DNA from: Octopus sinensis
Lineage: Eukaryota
DNA: 24,007 nucleotides
Direction: 5' to 3'
NCBI RefSeq assembly: GCF_006345805.1
Contig: NW_021836419.1
Location: 1 to 24,007, forward strand
The first letter of the stretch is position 1, and every line of letters begins with the position of its first letter. Positions 10,404-21,339 of the stretch are shown piece after piece. The notes beneath the pieces are model-generated. The model made no database searches. It was given only the letters and a program-made list of their open reading frames with translations, and had not been told where the DNA came from. Made by a program: the position numbers and the translations under genes.

Positions 10404-10520
10404 AGTGAATAAAGGGCGAGATGGTCGCGAGTAGAATGACTTTGATAGTAGAATGGCTCGATCGGGAGTGTCTCGTGGCTAAACAACTATAACTACGACA
10501 ATAACAGCAACAACAATGAG
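10265..10520 (+). mobile_element. Family D copy interrupted by a TA/TG microsatellite
   Basis: tagaaatagtagcgagattcccttaaat...[TA/TG]...gatggtcgcgagtagaatgactttgat...gtggctaaacaac, followed by an AAC-rich tail. Confidence 0.55.
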
Positions 10521-10959
10521 CACATCGACAAAAATAACTGTAGTGTCTATAATAACATATTCATATCCATACGATAACATTGTACGCGATGTATACAGCA
10601 AAAACGCATGTGAATAGAGGCATACACACACACACATTTGTATATGTATATATGTGTCTATATGTATACATATTAATGCATAAATATATGTACGTATATA
10701 TATATAATATATACAAATATATATATGTATATATATTTATACATACATACAGGCATATATATGGGTGTGTGTATTTGTATATGCATGTGTGTTTGTGTGT
10801 ATATGATTTACACACTCTGTCACATACAGCTGTAATCAATCAATCACTCTCGCAACTGATCGAACACACACACACCAGCATTTACAGGCATAGACGCATA
10901 CTTAGTCTGAAAGCACGCACGTGCGCACACATACACACATTCAGAAACTCACACGCATA

Positions 10960-11000
<41 letters not shown>

Positions 11001-11229
11001 CATACAAACACAAATCCATACACACACACACAAGCACACACACTGCGTAATTACGATTAGGCACAATTATATACACATACGCATGTAAACATGAGCACAC
11101 TGTCACGTGCGTACGGAAGTATACACACACACACTCACAAAAACATACACACACACACACACACACGATATAGCTGTCGAGAGCCTCGTTTGCATGATTC
11201 TGCAACCGCCCACGCGGTTTCCTTCATCA

Positions 11230-12060
11230 GATGCTACAGCATACTACAACATATACTGTAGCACTCATCACCACAGAACAACACTACAGTAAACCACATC
11301 ACTGTATATACCACTTTATGCCACACTACACTATTGCACATACTGCAACACGACTTTATACTACGGCATGTACTACCATACACCATACAAGTGTACTTGT
11401 TGCACTTCAACACTACAGCCCATACCACAACACTACACTGCATTACGCTACACTACAGCATATCCAAAACCATACCACATCACACTATAACACATACAAT
11501 GACACTACAGTATACTACAGCATGTACTACCATACACCATACAAGAGTCCCTGTTGCACCACTACACTACACTACAGCACATACAATGACACTAGATCAT
11601 ACTACAGCATACTACAATATACCATATACGACTTACTGTACTTTACTACAATGCACATTCGACTATTCTGCACTACAGCATACACTACAACACTCACAAT
11701 ACCACATGGCAGTACTACATATTAAACTGTACTACGTCATACACAACAACACTCAAAATACCTCGTGAAAGTAGAACATTCTACACTGTACTACATCATA
11801 CACTACAAAACTCATAATATCACGTGACAGTAGTACATGCTACACTATACTATGTCATACGCAACAACACTACATTATACCACATGATGACACTGACACA
11901 GCAGTATACTACATCACAATATACATTATATTTTAGCACACGAGAGCACATGCTACAGTAGACCTTAGGATACTATAACATATACTATAGTATACAACAG
12001 CCTGTACAGTACCATATACTACGATGTTGTAGCATGAATACATATACCATACGATATAAT
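11230..12060. repeat. G-poor decayed satellite built from tacac/catac/ctac motifs
   Basis: Direct reading; catgtactaccatacaccatacaag recurs at 11367 and 11521. Confidence 0.8.
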
Positions 12061-12095
12061 GAATATATATACATACATACTACATACATAATATA

Positions 12096-12149
<54 letters not shown>

Positions 12150-12171
12150 ATATGGAATAATCATTTAGCTG

Positions 12172-12428
12172 TTATCTTTTTTTAGACTGCGGCCATGCTG
12201 GGGCATGGCTTGAAAGATTTAGTTGAATGAATCGACTTATTTACTTGTTATGCTTGCAGGGACGTAAACACACTAACACCATCTGCATTCAGTGGTGGGT
12301 AGTGAAAATAGGCACAGGACACACGCACATATATATTCGCATACATACACACGCACACACACACACATACACAATATATTATATACATATGTGTATATAT
12401 ATATATATATATATATGTAATATATATA

Positions 12429-12480
<52 letters not shown>

Positions 12481-12660
12481 TATACCATATATGATGAGAA
12501 TGTATGTGTGTATGTATTACACCGGGTTTCTTTCGGTTCCTGTCTACCAAATCCTCAAGTCTTTGGTCGGATCGAGGCTGTATCAGAAGACCCTTTCCCA
12601 CGGTGCCACGTTGTGGGACTGTGGCCAAGAAGCAATCTTCTTCCTACACACCCACGCCTA
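12172..12660 (-). mobile_element. SINE family A, diverged, with expanded internal CA/TA tract
   Basis: Tail gactgcggccatgctggggca, body gggacgtaaacac, head tctaccaaat...ctttggtcgg...ggtgccacg...gtgggactg...cacgcctat. Confidence 0.75.
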
Positions 12661-12879
12661 TACACCAGGTAAATTCGAAAGCAGATGGTTTAATAGATTT
12701 GGCAATATAGACACTAGATACAAGTCTACACCAGACGATATATACATCAAACAACATATATTTCATACAATATACACACCAGACAATATCTATATCCGAT
12801 TAATATATACCGCCATAAAAATCTGCATCAGATATATCTGCCCCCCTCCCCGATGGTGTATACAGCATATCTAGCTATT

Positions 12880-12907
12880 TATCTATCTGTATGTTTGCCA
12901 GCCGACC

Positions 12908-12950
<43 letters not shown>

Positions 12951-12957
12951 ATGTCTG

Positions 12958-13025
<68 letters not shown>

Positions 13026-13073
13026 ACTGTCTGTCTGTCTGCCTGCCTGCCTGCCTCCACGTCTGCCTGTCTG

Positions 13074-13120
<47 letters not shown>

Positions 13121-13158
13121 GTCTGTATGTCTGCCTGCCTGCCTGCCTCCACGTCTGC

Positions 13159-13241
<83 letters not shown>

Positions 13242-13310
13242 CTATCTATCTATCTGGCTGACTGGCTGTCTGTCTGTCTGACTGACTGGCTGTCTGTCTG
13301 TGTGTATGGA
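12880..13310. repeat. Compound tetranucleotide microsatellite (TCTG/TCTA/TGCC) with an internal block duplication
   Basis: ctgcctgcctgcctccacgtctgcctgtctgtct occurs at about 13040 and 13132. Confidence 0.9.
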
Positions 13311-13351
13311 TGGATGCGTGTAAACCAGGGAAGCCAACGAGGAACTAGTAT

Positions 13352-13520
13352 GTAGTCGCTCAGTTTACTAGAAATAGCAGTTAATTTGTTTTCTCAACTC
13401 ACACCCATGATCTTTGATAAACACAGGTAATGTAGACCCGTGTAGCACCAAACGACGGAATGGTCAGGGATGGAAAGAGGTAAATCAAAAGTCTGAACGA
13501 TCAAGGTTGGCTGAGAATGT
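13352..13520 (+). mobile_element. Family D copy, diverged
   Basis: gtagtcgctcagtttactagaaatagcag...ctcacacc...gtaatgtagacc...ggaatggtcagggatggaa. Confidence 0.55.
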
Positions 13521-13529
13521 GAAGTGCAA

Positions 13530-13985
13530 GAATAACTACGGTAAAGCATTTTGTTCGACGCACTAAAGTTTCTTCCAGTCCGCGGATTTTTAACGTTTCA
13601 ATAGGGTGCAGTTGTAAGGGAAGAGGGCCGATTCATCGATTATATCGATCTTAATACATGACTGGTACTTAATTTTCATCGATTCCGAATCGATGAAAGG
13701 TCAAGATACTCCTAGAGACTGAAGAAATGCCGCGATGCAATTTGTTCGACGCACTAACGACTCAGCTTGCTGTGTAATAATGAATATTTTATATTTTGAC
13801 ACAAGGCCAGCAATTTTAATTAAAGCGAGTTAGCCGATTACATCGACCCCTAGAACTCAAAGGGTGCTTACTCTGTCGACCCCAGAAAGATGGGTGGTAA
13901 TACAATCGACCTGGGTAGCATTTGAACTCACAACTTAAAGATCCGAAAAAAATGCCACTTGGCATTTTTGCTCGACGAAATAAAG
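13530..13985 (-). mobile_element. Three adjacent decayed family C SINE fragments in the same orientation
   Basis: gcattttgttcgacgcactaa occurs twice (about 13546 and 13737) as the reverse complement of the family C head. ctggtacttaatt...gatgaaagg and tttgaactca match the reverse complement of 20640-20715. Confidence 0.6.
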
Positions 13986-14005
13986 ATACTGATAATTAGT
14001 CTCCA

Positions 14006-14007
<2 letters not shown>

Positions 14008-14056
<49 letters not shown>

Positions 14057-14075
14057 CGCTGCTGCTGCTGCTATC
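14008..14075. repeat. (CTA)n/(GCT)n microsatellite
   Basis: Direct reading. Confidence 0.95.
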
Positions 14076-15026
14076 ACTACTTCTGAGAATATGGTGTTCC
14101 TGCTTTCCGATAGGAAGTTTGGACGAGCAGTGACGCAAATCCATACCTTTTGCCGTTGCTGTTTGTTTTTTTTGTGTGTATGTTTGCGTGTGCGCGCGCC
14201 AGCGTGCACACGCGTGTATTCTTTAAATTCGCATATATGTATGTGTGCGAGCATAGTGCTATTTCATAATCTTATGGGTTCCAAAGCTGTAATCTTTACC
14301 TCAGCGAGAAAAGAAAAAAAAAAATCCTAACCTTGAAGCAACTAGTGTCATCTACCAATCTGAGATCAGAGATTCTATCAAATAACCGGCAGCAGAAGAG
14401 GTCACTTTGAAAAACATTTCAACCGACAAAATGTCACAATACATAAATTTCAGCTTCAGAAAGGGCCAGTGGAGCAACATCTCAGAGTAACTATCGCTGT
14501 GGGCATTAACAAAGATCGACTGTAACCAATGAAAACTGACGTTAGAATTGCCCCATAGGCATTCAACTTTTCGCTATCATTTACAAGTATTGCTAATATC
14601 ATCTGAATGATCGCAGTCACGTATACTGTGTGTGTTTGCATGTATGTTTTATGCGCGCACAGACACGTGTTTGTATATTGTGTGTGTGTGTGTGCAGGCG
14701 CGCTCGTATGCATATGTGCGTTTCTGTGTGTTTGTCTAAAACTCTGAGTTGCGGTGAGGTGAGCCACGGACTGTTATAGATATAGGGTTCGATACACATG
14801 TGGAACTCCTCTCTGCATAAGATTAATATAAGAATAATATTAGACGAGTATATCTTCACCCTCGTATTATATCATATAATATTACACTCACCACACACAC
14901 CAATACACACGCACTGACATATAATACATACTTACATATATGTGTGTGTGTGTGTGTGTGTTTGTGTATATATATTTATATATATAAATATACACACACA
15001 CACGCACAGATATAGTTATACATATA

Positions 15027-15192
15027 TACGACGGGCTTCTTTCAGTTTCCGTCTACTAAATCCGATCTCAAGGCTTTGGTCGGCCCGAGGCTATAGTAGA
15101 AGACACTTACCCCAGGTATCACGCAGTGGGACTGAACCCGGAACCATGTGGTTGGGAAAGCAAGCTACTTACCACACAGCCCTCCTGCGCCT
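15027..15192 (-). mobile_element. SINE family A head, well preserved
   Basis: Closely matches 2265-2429 (gacgggcttctttcagtttccgtctac...gaacccggaaccatgtggtt...ctgcgcct). Confidence 0.9.
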
Positions 15193-15194
15193 AT

Positions 15195-15258
15195 ATATAT
15201 ATTTTATACACACACACATATATATAAATATATATATTATACACGCACACATATATAT

Positions 15259-15335
<77 letters not shown>

Positions 15336-15340
15336 GTATT

Positions 15341-15381
<41 letters not shown>

Positions 15382-15650
15382 TTATTTATATAAAAGGTAT
15401 GTATCTATCCATATATATATATATGCATATATATGTATATGTATATACGTACACACACAAACACACACACACACACCATACACACACATATTTATATATA
15501 CACACCCATATGCATATGCGTAGATGTGTGTATGTGTGTATTACACATATGACATGTATTATGTACATTACACACACACGCACACATATATGTACATAAA
15601 TGTAAACACTTACAGACACACACACACACGCCCGCACACACACACTCATA
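15195..15650. repeat. TA/CA compound microsatellite
   Basis: Direct reading. Confidence 0.9.
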
Positions 15651-15919
15651 TATGTTTATCTCCGTATGGATATCATACATCTGCAGACATCCAAAACGCA
15701 CTAAAGCCCTCCACTGCAAACAAGCATGCGTTACTCACAAAGATAAGCATACATATATAAACATATACAAACATATAACTGCTGAAAAGTCGACACTTCG
15801 TTTGATACCACTCAAGAAATATATTAACACTTAGTTACTCTTTATTCAAGCAGATGGCGTACCAGAGTGTGCTGTCTCTGACCACGCCTATACATCTAAG
15901 GAAGATCATTATCATTGTT

Positions 15920-16135
15920 ATAGTAGTTATAATTGGTTTACATCTCAAGGTCAACCCCACCAAGTAGTGCAGCTCTATGATAGATGGCGCTGAAGCCCTG
16001 ATCTCTGCATCTCATTCGAAGGAATAGTCTATCGATGACTACACTGTGCAATGTGTCTTTCGTATTTTAAAACTCTTAACTGTGTGAATCGAAGGGCATT
16101 TGGCTGTTACTTCTAGCATTTCGAGCGACCAGCCA
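15920..16135 (-). mobile_element. Family D copy
   Basis: Reverse complement: ggtcgctcgaaatgctagaagtaacagccaaat...ttcacac...gacacattgcacagtgtagtc...atcatagagctgc...ggggttgaccttgagatgtaaac. Confidence 0.55.
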
Positions 16136-16477
16136 CCGGTTACCTTCCTGTATGAAGTCACCAGTGCAACCAGGAATCTAGGCCTGCCAGCCTTCCTAGC
16201 TAAGCTCCGTACGTTAGTGTGGTGTCTGCACATGCGCACTCGCTGTCACAGTAGTCTGCACGCCCGCCCACGCCCTGCTGTTCACCTGGACGATGATGTA
16301 AGACCAATAGGTATGTCATCACCGTTAAAGGATTCGGACCAATCGATGACAACATGATATGGAGCGATGATAACTAGGGTTGCGCCGTGTGTGTGTGAGT
16401 GAACGCGTGTGTAAAGTCTGTGACACGTGTTCGATTTGTAGTCAGGTTATTTTTCTCCACCTCTTCTTCGTGTTTGC

Positions 16478-16635
16478 TCTCGTGGTCGTGTGGTTAAGGA
16501 ACTCACTTTGCGTCCACATGGTTTCGGGTTCAGTTTCGCTGCGCGGCATCTTGAGGTGTCTTCTGTTAGAGCCATGGGCCGACCAATGTGAATTTGGTAG
16601 ATGGAAACCTGTTGCGCGTGTGTATGTATATATGC

Positions 16636-16668
<33 letters not shown>

Positions 16669-17047
16669 TGTATGTATGTATGTATGTGTGTATGTATGCA
16701 GTATGTATGCATGTATGTATGTATGTATGTATGTATATATGTATGTATGTATGTTGTATGTATGTATGGATGTGTGTATGTATGTATATGTGTGTGCGTA
16801 TGCATGTATGCATGTATGTATGTGATTTTGTGTTTGTCTTCGTCCTCCCTACTTTACAACCGATGTTGGTTTGTTTACATTCTCATAATTTAGCGGTTCC
16901 ACAAAAGATTACCAGACTTAATTTTCAAAAATAAAAAAATGAAAAAACGTTCTCGGGGTGGGTCGATTCATTCTGCTAAGACCGTTTAAGGCGGTGCTCC
17001 AACATGGCCGCAGTCCAATAACTGAAAGAACTAAAAGATAAAAAGGA
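16478..17047 (+). mobile_element. SINE family A, diverged full-length copy with ~200-bp internal (TATG)n
   Basis: Head gtgtggttaag...gggttcagt, gtgtcttctg, ggtagatggaaac; body acaaccgatgttggtttgtttac; tail ggcggtgctccaacatggccgcagtc. Confidence 0.8.
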
Positions 17048-17166
17048 AATGCTTATCAGTCACGTGTCCTAGAAACCTTCGTCCTTTTAAATAAAGGGTG
17101 TATTCGATATTGCTGTAAGGGTTCATTGTTAGACCTTTGGCCCCTCGTTGTAGGGATACTAAGTGA

Positions 17167-17415
17167 GGGAGCGTGTAGCTCAATGGCTAGGGTGTTGCAC
17201 CCGGTATCGCAAGATCGTAGTTTCTATTCCTGGGATGATTGGTGCGTTGTGTTCTTGAGCAAAACACTTCATTTCACTTTGTTTTATTCCGATCAGTTAG
17301 AAACGAGTGACCCTTCGATGGACTGGCGTCCTGTTCAGAGGGGACGTTGTGATCTTGGTCACTTATGCGCCACGGAAATCGGGTAAGTGACTCTGTGAGC
17401 CCTAGAGCTCGAGGT
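17167..17415 (+). mobile_element. SINE family E variant with a V-domain-like body
   Basis: A-box tagctcaatgg and CORE-like gttgtgttcttgagcaaaacactt. gatggactggcgtcctgttcagagggg (17317-17343) resembles the V-SINE motif gatggactggcgacctgtccaggg as I recall it; not aligned. Confidence 0.65.
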
Positions 17416-17629
17416 AGTAATGTCCAGAGGTTGATGATGACGACGATGATGATGACTATGAAGATAGTTTGGGTATTTTTTAAACAAGGTGGATCCCATG
17501 CTTTTCCAGAAAGACAGGCAAGAATCAATCCTACTACTTCACTGATGGTTTCATTTATCAACCCCGAAATGGTGAAAGGCAAACCTGATCTCGTATCAAG
17601 GGTTCATTATAACTGAAAAACAGAAATAA

Positions 17630-17705
17630 AAGGAGGGATGGTTATGGAGAGAATGTCTTTAATGTAAGGCCATCTAGATAAGGATTGGTCCAGACTTAAA
17701 CAAAC
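17630..17705 (+). mobile_element. Family D 3' fragment
   Basis: gggatggttatgg...aatgtcttta...ctaaacaa-like end resembles the 3' parts of the other D copies. Confidence 0.35.
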
Positions 17706-17719
17706 ACCTAGGTTACTCT

Positions 17720-18240
17720 AAAACATCTATCAACCCCCTAGGCCACTCTTAAACATCTCCCACACCACTAAGATACCCTTGATAAACATCATCTCCACCC
17801 GTAATCAACTTTTAAAAATACCCACCACACCACTATCGTACCCCTAATAACCATCCGTTACATCCTTAAACATCCATTAATAAACAATCCGCACCTTCAC
17901 CCCACCGCTGAACCACCCTTAATAAACATTCACCATGACCACACCACCGAGCCACCCTCACATATCTACCAAAGCCCCTAAGTCACCCTTAATAAACTTT
18001 CACTTTCACCTCACCACTTAGCAGCTCTTAATAAATGTTTGCCGCTCCAACAAGCCATCCCTTAATCCCCCACAATATCGCTAAGCCACCCGTAATAACC
18101 ATCCAGCACATACCTAAAAACAGCCCGCACCTGAATTAATAACCTCCACCTTCACTACGACACTTAACCACTGAGCCACCCGTAACAACCAGCCACCATA
18201 CTACAAAGCCACCATTATTATCCACCACCACCCTTAATAG
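17720..18240. repeat. Decayed G-poor minisatellite, motif approximately cactaagccacccttaataaacatcc
   Basis: Variants at about 17766, 17831, 17906, 17977, 18015, 18079 and 18169. Confidence 0.7.
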
Positions 18241-18363
18241 TTACCGTCATGTATTGTTCATAGTGAAACATCTCTCTCTTTATGTCACTCATTATAATAC
18301 ATTATGGCAAAATAATAATAAAAGCAGCAACAACAGTTATTATTGGAATTAATTACTCGGTTA

Positions 18364-18557
18364 ATTTGATGTAGTGAGCATCACAAATCTAATTAAAATA
18401 ATTATGCCGAGAAAGCAACAAGAGTATTTTAATTATTTTAATTGTTTTCCGAAACGGTTTTTTTTCAAAAATAATATCAGTCATTTGGGGACATCGCGGT
18501 CCTTTATTCATCGCATAATTATTTTTAATTAGAATTTTTATGCTCACAACACCAAAT
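18364..18557. repeat. Diverged ~44-bp inverted repeat with ~105-nt spacer
   Basis: atttgatgtagtgagcatcacaaatctaattaaaataattatgc versus the reverse complement of 18513-18557, atttggtgttgtgagcataaaaattctaattaaaaataattatgc. Confidence 0.75.
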
Positions 18558-19029
18558 ACGCTAAAAATAGCACTTAACTATTATTTTGAATGCATAATAG
18601 CGTCCTTGAGCTTTGCATATTTGAATACGCAAATTTTTCACGCAGCGTACGTACAGTGATGTTAATTCACTTAGTGATTCTCTCAACACTGCTTTCAAAA
18701 AGTACGGTGACGTCTATGCTTCGTTGTTGTGGTTTCATAAGGCCGAAACATATTCGGAGTTGTCTTCTCTTGTGGTCGTAACGATTGAAGCAACATTAAT
18801 CGACTTTGTCTTTCATCATTTCAGAGGAGGAGGTGTTAATTAAATAAAATACTAATGATATACTGAGGTTGAGGGTATCCACTAGCTCTCTTCTAAAATT
18901 GCTTGCTTCGGACCAATATTGAAACAACCTATGATTGAAACAAACCCACCTGACTCAAAGATACCAGCAGTAGCAGCAGCAGTAGCAGCAGCAGTAGTAG
19001 TAGTTGTTGAAGATATGCACTATTGGGAT

Positions 19030-19203
19030 ACTTTTTTACTCTTTTACTTGTTTCAGTCATTTGACTTCGTCCATGCTGGAGCATCGCCTTTTAGTCGAAC
19101 AAATCGACCCCGAGGATTTATTCTTTGTTAGCCTAGTACTTATCCTATCTGACCTTTTTGCTGAACCACTAAGTTATGGGGACGTAAACACAACAACATC
19201 GGT
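19030..19203 (-). mobile_element. SINE family A 3' body, truncated at a palindrome
   Basis: Collinear with 2030-2188 (tttcagtcatttgact...aaatcgacccc...agttatggggacgtaaacac...catcggt); homology stops at 19203. Confidence 0.85.
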
Positions 19204-19349
19204 AAAATTTCCACTTATTTCTTTTTTTATTTTCCTAAAATTTTCGTTGTGTCTTGCAACTTTTTCAATAGAGTAAAAACTATTGAAAAGGTTGCAAGAC
19301 GCAACGAAAATTTTAGGAAAATTAAAAAAGAAATAAGTGGAAATTTTAC
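19202..19349. repeat. 70-bp-arm hairpin (67/70 matches, 8-nt loop)
   Basis: 19202-19271 versus the reverse complement of 19280-19349: three differences, two of which are G-U pairs in a plus-strand RNA. Confidence 0.92.
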
Positions 19350-19450
19350 GATGAGTGGGTTAAATCATAAGGCACCAAAAGAATGACTCTCACCAGACAC
19401 AACAGAACCACGATCTCACATAAAGAATTTTGCAAACCTAATCCAAAACG

Positions 19451-19520
<70 letters not shown>

Positions 19521-19629
19521 TCGCAATAAACACAGAAGTATGTATATGTTTGTATGTATTTATGTATGTATATATTCCACAAGTGTGTTGGGTCTGCAGA
19601 ATTGTAACAGCGTGTAAGAAATTGTTTTG

Positions 19630-19800
19630 TGTCTTTTGTTTCGGCTGTTTATGTTCTTCTGAGTTCAAATCCCGCCGAGGCTAACTTAACCTTTCATTCA
19701 TCGTTGGGAGGACAAATTGATCTCCTAGCGAACTATTGTTTTTGGTGGCACCCGTTAACCACCTCCCATTGAAATTGCTGGACAGGAACCTTAATTAGAG
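19630..19800 (+). mobile_element. Decayed family C SINE fragment
   Basis: tgttcttctgagttcaaatcccgccgagg...cctttcattc matches 20640-20685. Confidence 0.55.
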
Positions 19801-19911
19801 ACAATCGCATTATATATATATCATTCATTTCTTTGCTGCACGAAGAAGCGATATTTTAAGCGAAGAATAATAACATGGTTTCAAGGTGGAAGAAAAAAAA
19901 GTTCTAATGGG

Positions 19912-20093
19912 GGCAGACGTGACTGTGTAATAAGAATCTTGTTTCCCAACTACAGTTTTGGGTTCAGTCCTACTGCGTAGCACCTAGCATAAGTGTCTTC
20001 TACTATAGCCTCGGGCTGACCAAAGCCTTGTGAGTGGATTTGGTAAACGGAAACTGAAAGCAGACTGTCGTATACACACTCATATGTATGTAT

Positions 20094-20143
<50 letters not shown>

Positions 20144-20200
20144 TGTGTGGTGTGTGTATAAATATTTCAAATGACTGAAACAAGTAAAAGAATAAAAGAA
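19912..20200 (+). mobile_element. SINE family A: head + TA tract + terminal tail, most of the body missing
   Basis: gggttcagtcctactgcgt...gtgtcttctactatagcctcgggctgaccaaagccttgtgagtggatttggt; tail aaatgactgaaacaagtaaaaga at about 20168. Confidence 0.8.
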
Positions 20201-20572
20201 TAATAGAAAAAGGGGAAATTTGAAAATAAATAAATAAATAAAGGCCCTTATTTCTGAAATAAAGCACCGGCCCCTGAACTTCAAATTTCACTTTATTCTT
20301 ACACTATACAAACTTATCCAAAGTCATGGTAAGAATACCGACATTCCGGACCCTAATGGCCCGCGACCTCTTCTAATCCCTATTAATTTTCGAGCAGAAT
20401 TCTCAAACTCCTGCGTCTGAGAGAGTAGTTTACGAGACGGCCCTCTTTCACAGACCCTTGCACAATACAGTCCTCAATTTGTATTATTTACACTAAATAC
20501 ACAATTTTTAGTGTCGAATTTAATTATTTAAGTAATTACAAAGCAATGAGGGATTGAATAAATATATCACTA

Positions 20573-20968
20573 AGGCAGAAAGCTGGCAGAAACGTTAGCA
20601 TGCTGGGCGAAATGCTTAGCGGTATTTCGTCTGCCGTTACGTTCTGAGTTCAAATTCCACCGAGGTCGACTTTGCCTTTCATCCTTTTGGGGTCGATTAA
20701 TTAAGTACCAGTTGCGAATTTGGGTCGATGTGATCGACTTAATCCGTTTGTCTGTCCTTGTTTGTCCTCTCTGTGTTTAGCCACTTGTGGGTAGTAAAGA
20801 AATAGATATTTCGTCTGTGTTTATGTTCTGAGTTCAAATTCCGCCGAGGTCGAATTTGTCTTTCATCCTTTTGGGGTCAATAAACTGCCAGTTGTGTACT
20901 GGTGTCGATCTAATAGACTGGCATCCCTCCACTAATATTTCTGACCTTGTGCCTAGAGTAGAAAAGAA
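20573..20968 (+). mobile_element. Family C SINE with a tandemly duplicated core (Deu/Nin-like module)
   Basis: Unit tatttcgtctg...gttctgagttcaaattcc.ccgaggtcga.tttg.ctttcatccttttggggtc occurs at 20623 and 20807. The motif ctttcatcc...ggtcgat...agtacc resembles the Deu/Nin SINE domain as I recall it. Confidence 0.8.
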
Positions 20969-21203
20969 TAATTATGTCATTTGTTTACTGCAACTGCTGT
21001 TGTTGTTGTTGTTGATGATGGTTAGCTCTGATCAAGAACACAGGTAATCAAAGGTATTTTACGGTGAGACTCCCGTCGTTGCCTTTAGAATAGAGTACCA
21101 AGGAGTTTGCGTGTTGTTCGCATTTATGCCATGTATATTCCCGTGCATTCATTCACACATGCAAACATGCATACGTCCATGCATGTATGCATACATACAT
21201 ACA

Positions 21204-21237
<34 letters not shown>

Positions 21238-21274
21238 CATACATATATATATATACATGCGTACCTATATAGAT

Positions 21275-21319
<45 letters not shown>

Positions 21320-21339
21320 CGTGTGTGTGTATTTGTTTA

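Noticed and set aside
11200-11234. Minus-strand CUGAUGA-AG-GAAACCGC-gugg-GCGGUU resembling a hammerhead with a good stem III
   Set aside because: Stem II is absent (only 2 nt between the core blocks) and stem I does not pair, so it cannot form the catalytic fold as written.
14456-14626. Hydrophobic minus-strand peptide (VTAIIQMILAILVND...STGPF) as a membrane-protein exon
   Set aside because: No polypyrimidine tract before the only AG, no convincing donor, and no family recognised; RNA-seq would be needed to revive it.
15853-15993. Peptide DGVPECAVSDHAY...DRWR after a good acceptor, containing a DHxY motif
   Set aside because: About half of it is the antisense of a family D repeat, it ends in a stop, and a four-residue motif is expected by chance.
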